Below are positions 32,521 to 32,915 of a stretch of 32,915 nucleotides of DNA, piece after piece (the stretch's first letter is position 1; every line of letters begins with the position of its first letter). The stretch lies in the NCBI RefSeq assembly GCF_001194135.2, contig NC_068987.1, positions 21,258,257 through 21,291,171 on the forward strand, in the 5' to 3' direction. A model generated the notes under the pieces. That model ran no database searches. It was not told the origin of the DNA and was given only the letters and a program-made list of their open reading frames with translations. Position numbers and translations under genes: made by a program. Source of the DNA: Octopus bimaculoides (taxonomy: Eukaryota).

Positions 32521-32744
32521 CCATCTGAGTAGCTATACTGAATATCTCGTGCCTGATCCTCAGGTAACTGCTAATAGGATATTTGAAGGTTGTTTTCCAA
32601 AACACACTGTTTCCAGCTTTAGGCCCTCACTGGGCCTTCTGTTTTTAGATTTGAGGGTGATTTAGTGTAGAGGTCACCTCGTCGGCTCGTTTTTGCTGTC
32701 GGTGGTAAATATGCTAATGGGGGAAAGAGAGAGGGATATGATAT

Positions 32745-32835
32745 TGGTGATGGTGGCGGCGGCATTGGTGAAGGTGGTGGTGGTGGCGGTGGCGGCGGCG
32801 GCGGCGGCGGTAGTGGTGGAGGTTGTGGTGGTGGT
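32745..32835. repeat. (GGT/GGC)n trinucleotide repeat
   Basis: Directly visible. Confidence 0.9.
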
Positions 32836-32915
32836 CTATGACGAGTGATGTCTCGTCTCGCTAGAACGGATGAAGTAACACATCATCAAACAGCCATGGT
32901 GATGGAGGAGATAAC

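Noticed and set aside
32745-32835. Possible poly-Gly or poly-Pro coding tract
   Set aside because: No flanking ORF or splice context; treated as a trinucleotide repeat.

Overview
Repeat-dense, AT-rich eukaryotic non-coding DNA with 8 assembly gaps (about 3.8 kb of N). The SINE, MITE and microsatellite repertoire resembles Octopus (coleoid cephalopod); this is my inference from recognising the repeats, not a database result. No intact host gene is supportable, and most ORFs in the track are microsatellite or N-run artefacts. The window holds decayed and nested mobile elements: Tc1, mariner and maT (DD37D) remnants, a Buster-type hAT inserted into a Tc1, a CR1/L2-group LINE with a CCCH-finger ORF1, four tRNA-derived SINE types, and a Penelope-like element (PLE). 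The best observation is a PLE GIY-YIG endonuclease remnant (19568-20100, minus) followed by a pseudo-LTR containing a minimal type I hammerhead ribozyme (19168-19212). A 400-bp fold-back of two related pseudo-LTRs (3694-4093) carries one hammerhead copy per arm. Also notable are a head-to-tail SINE trimer joined at the same nucleotide of the A box (6575-7174) and a five-copy 60-bp core spaced by microsatellites (369-1202).
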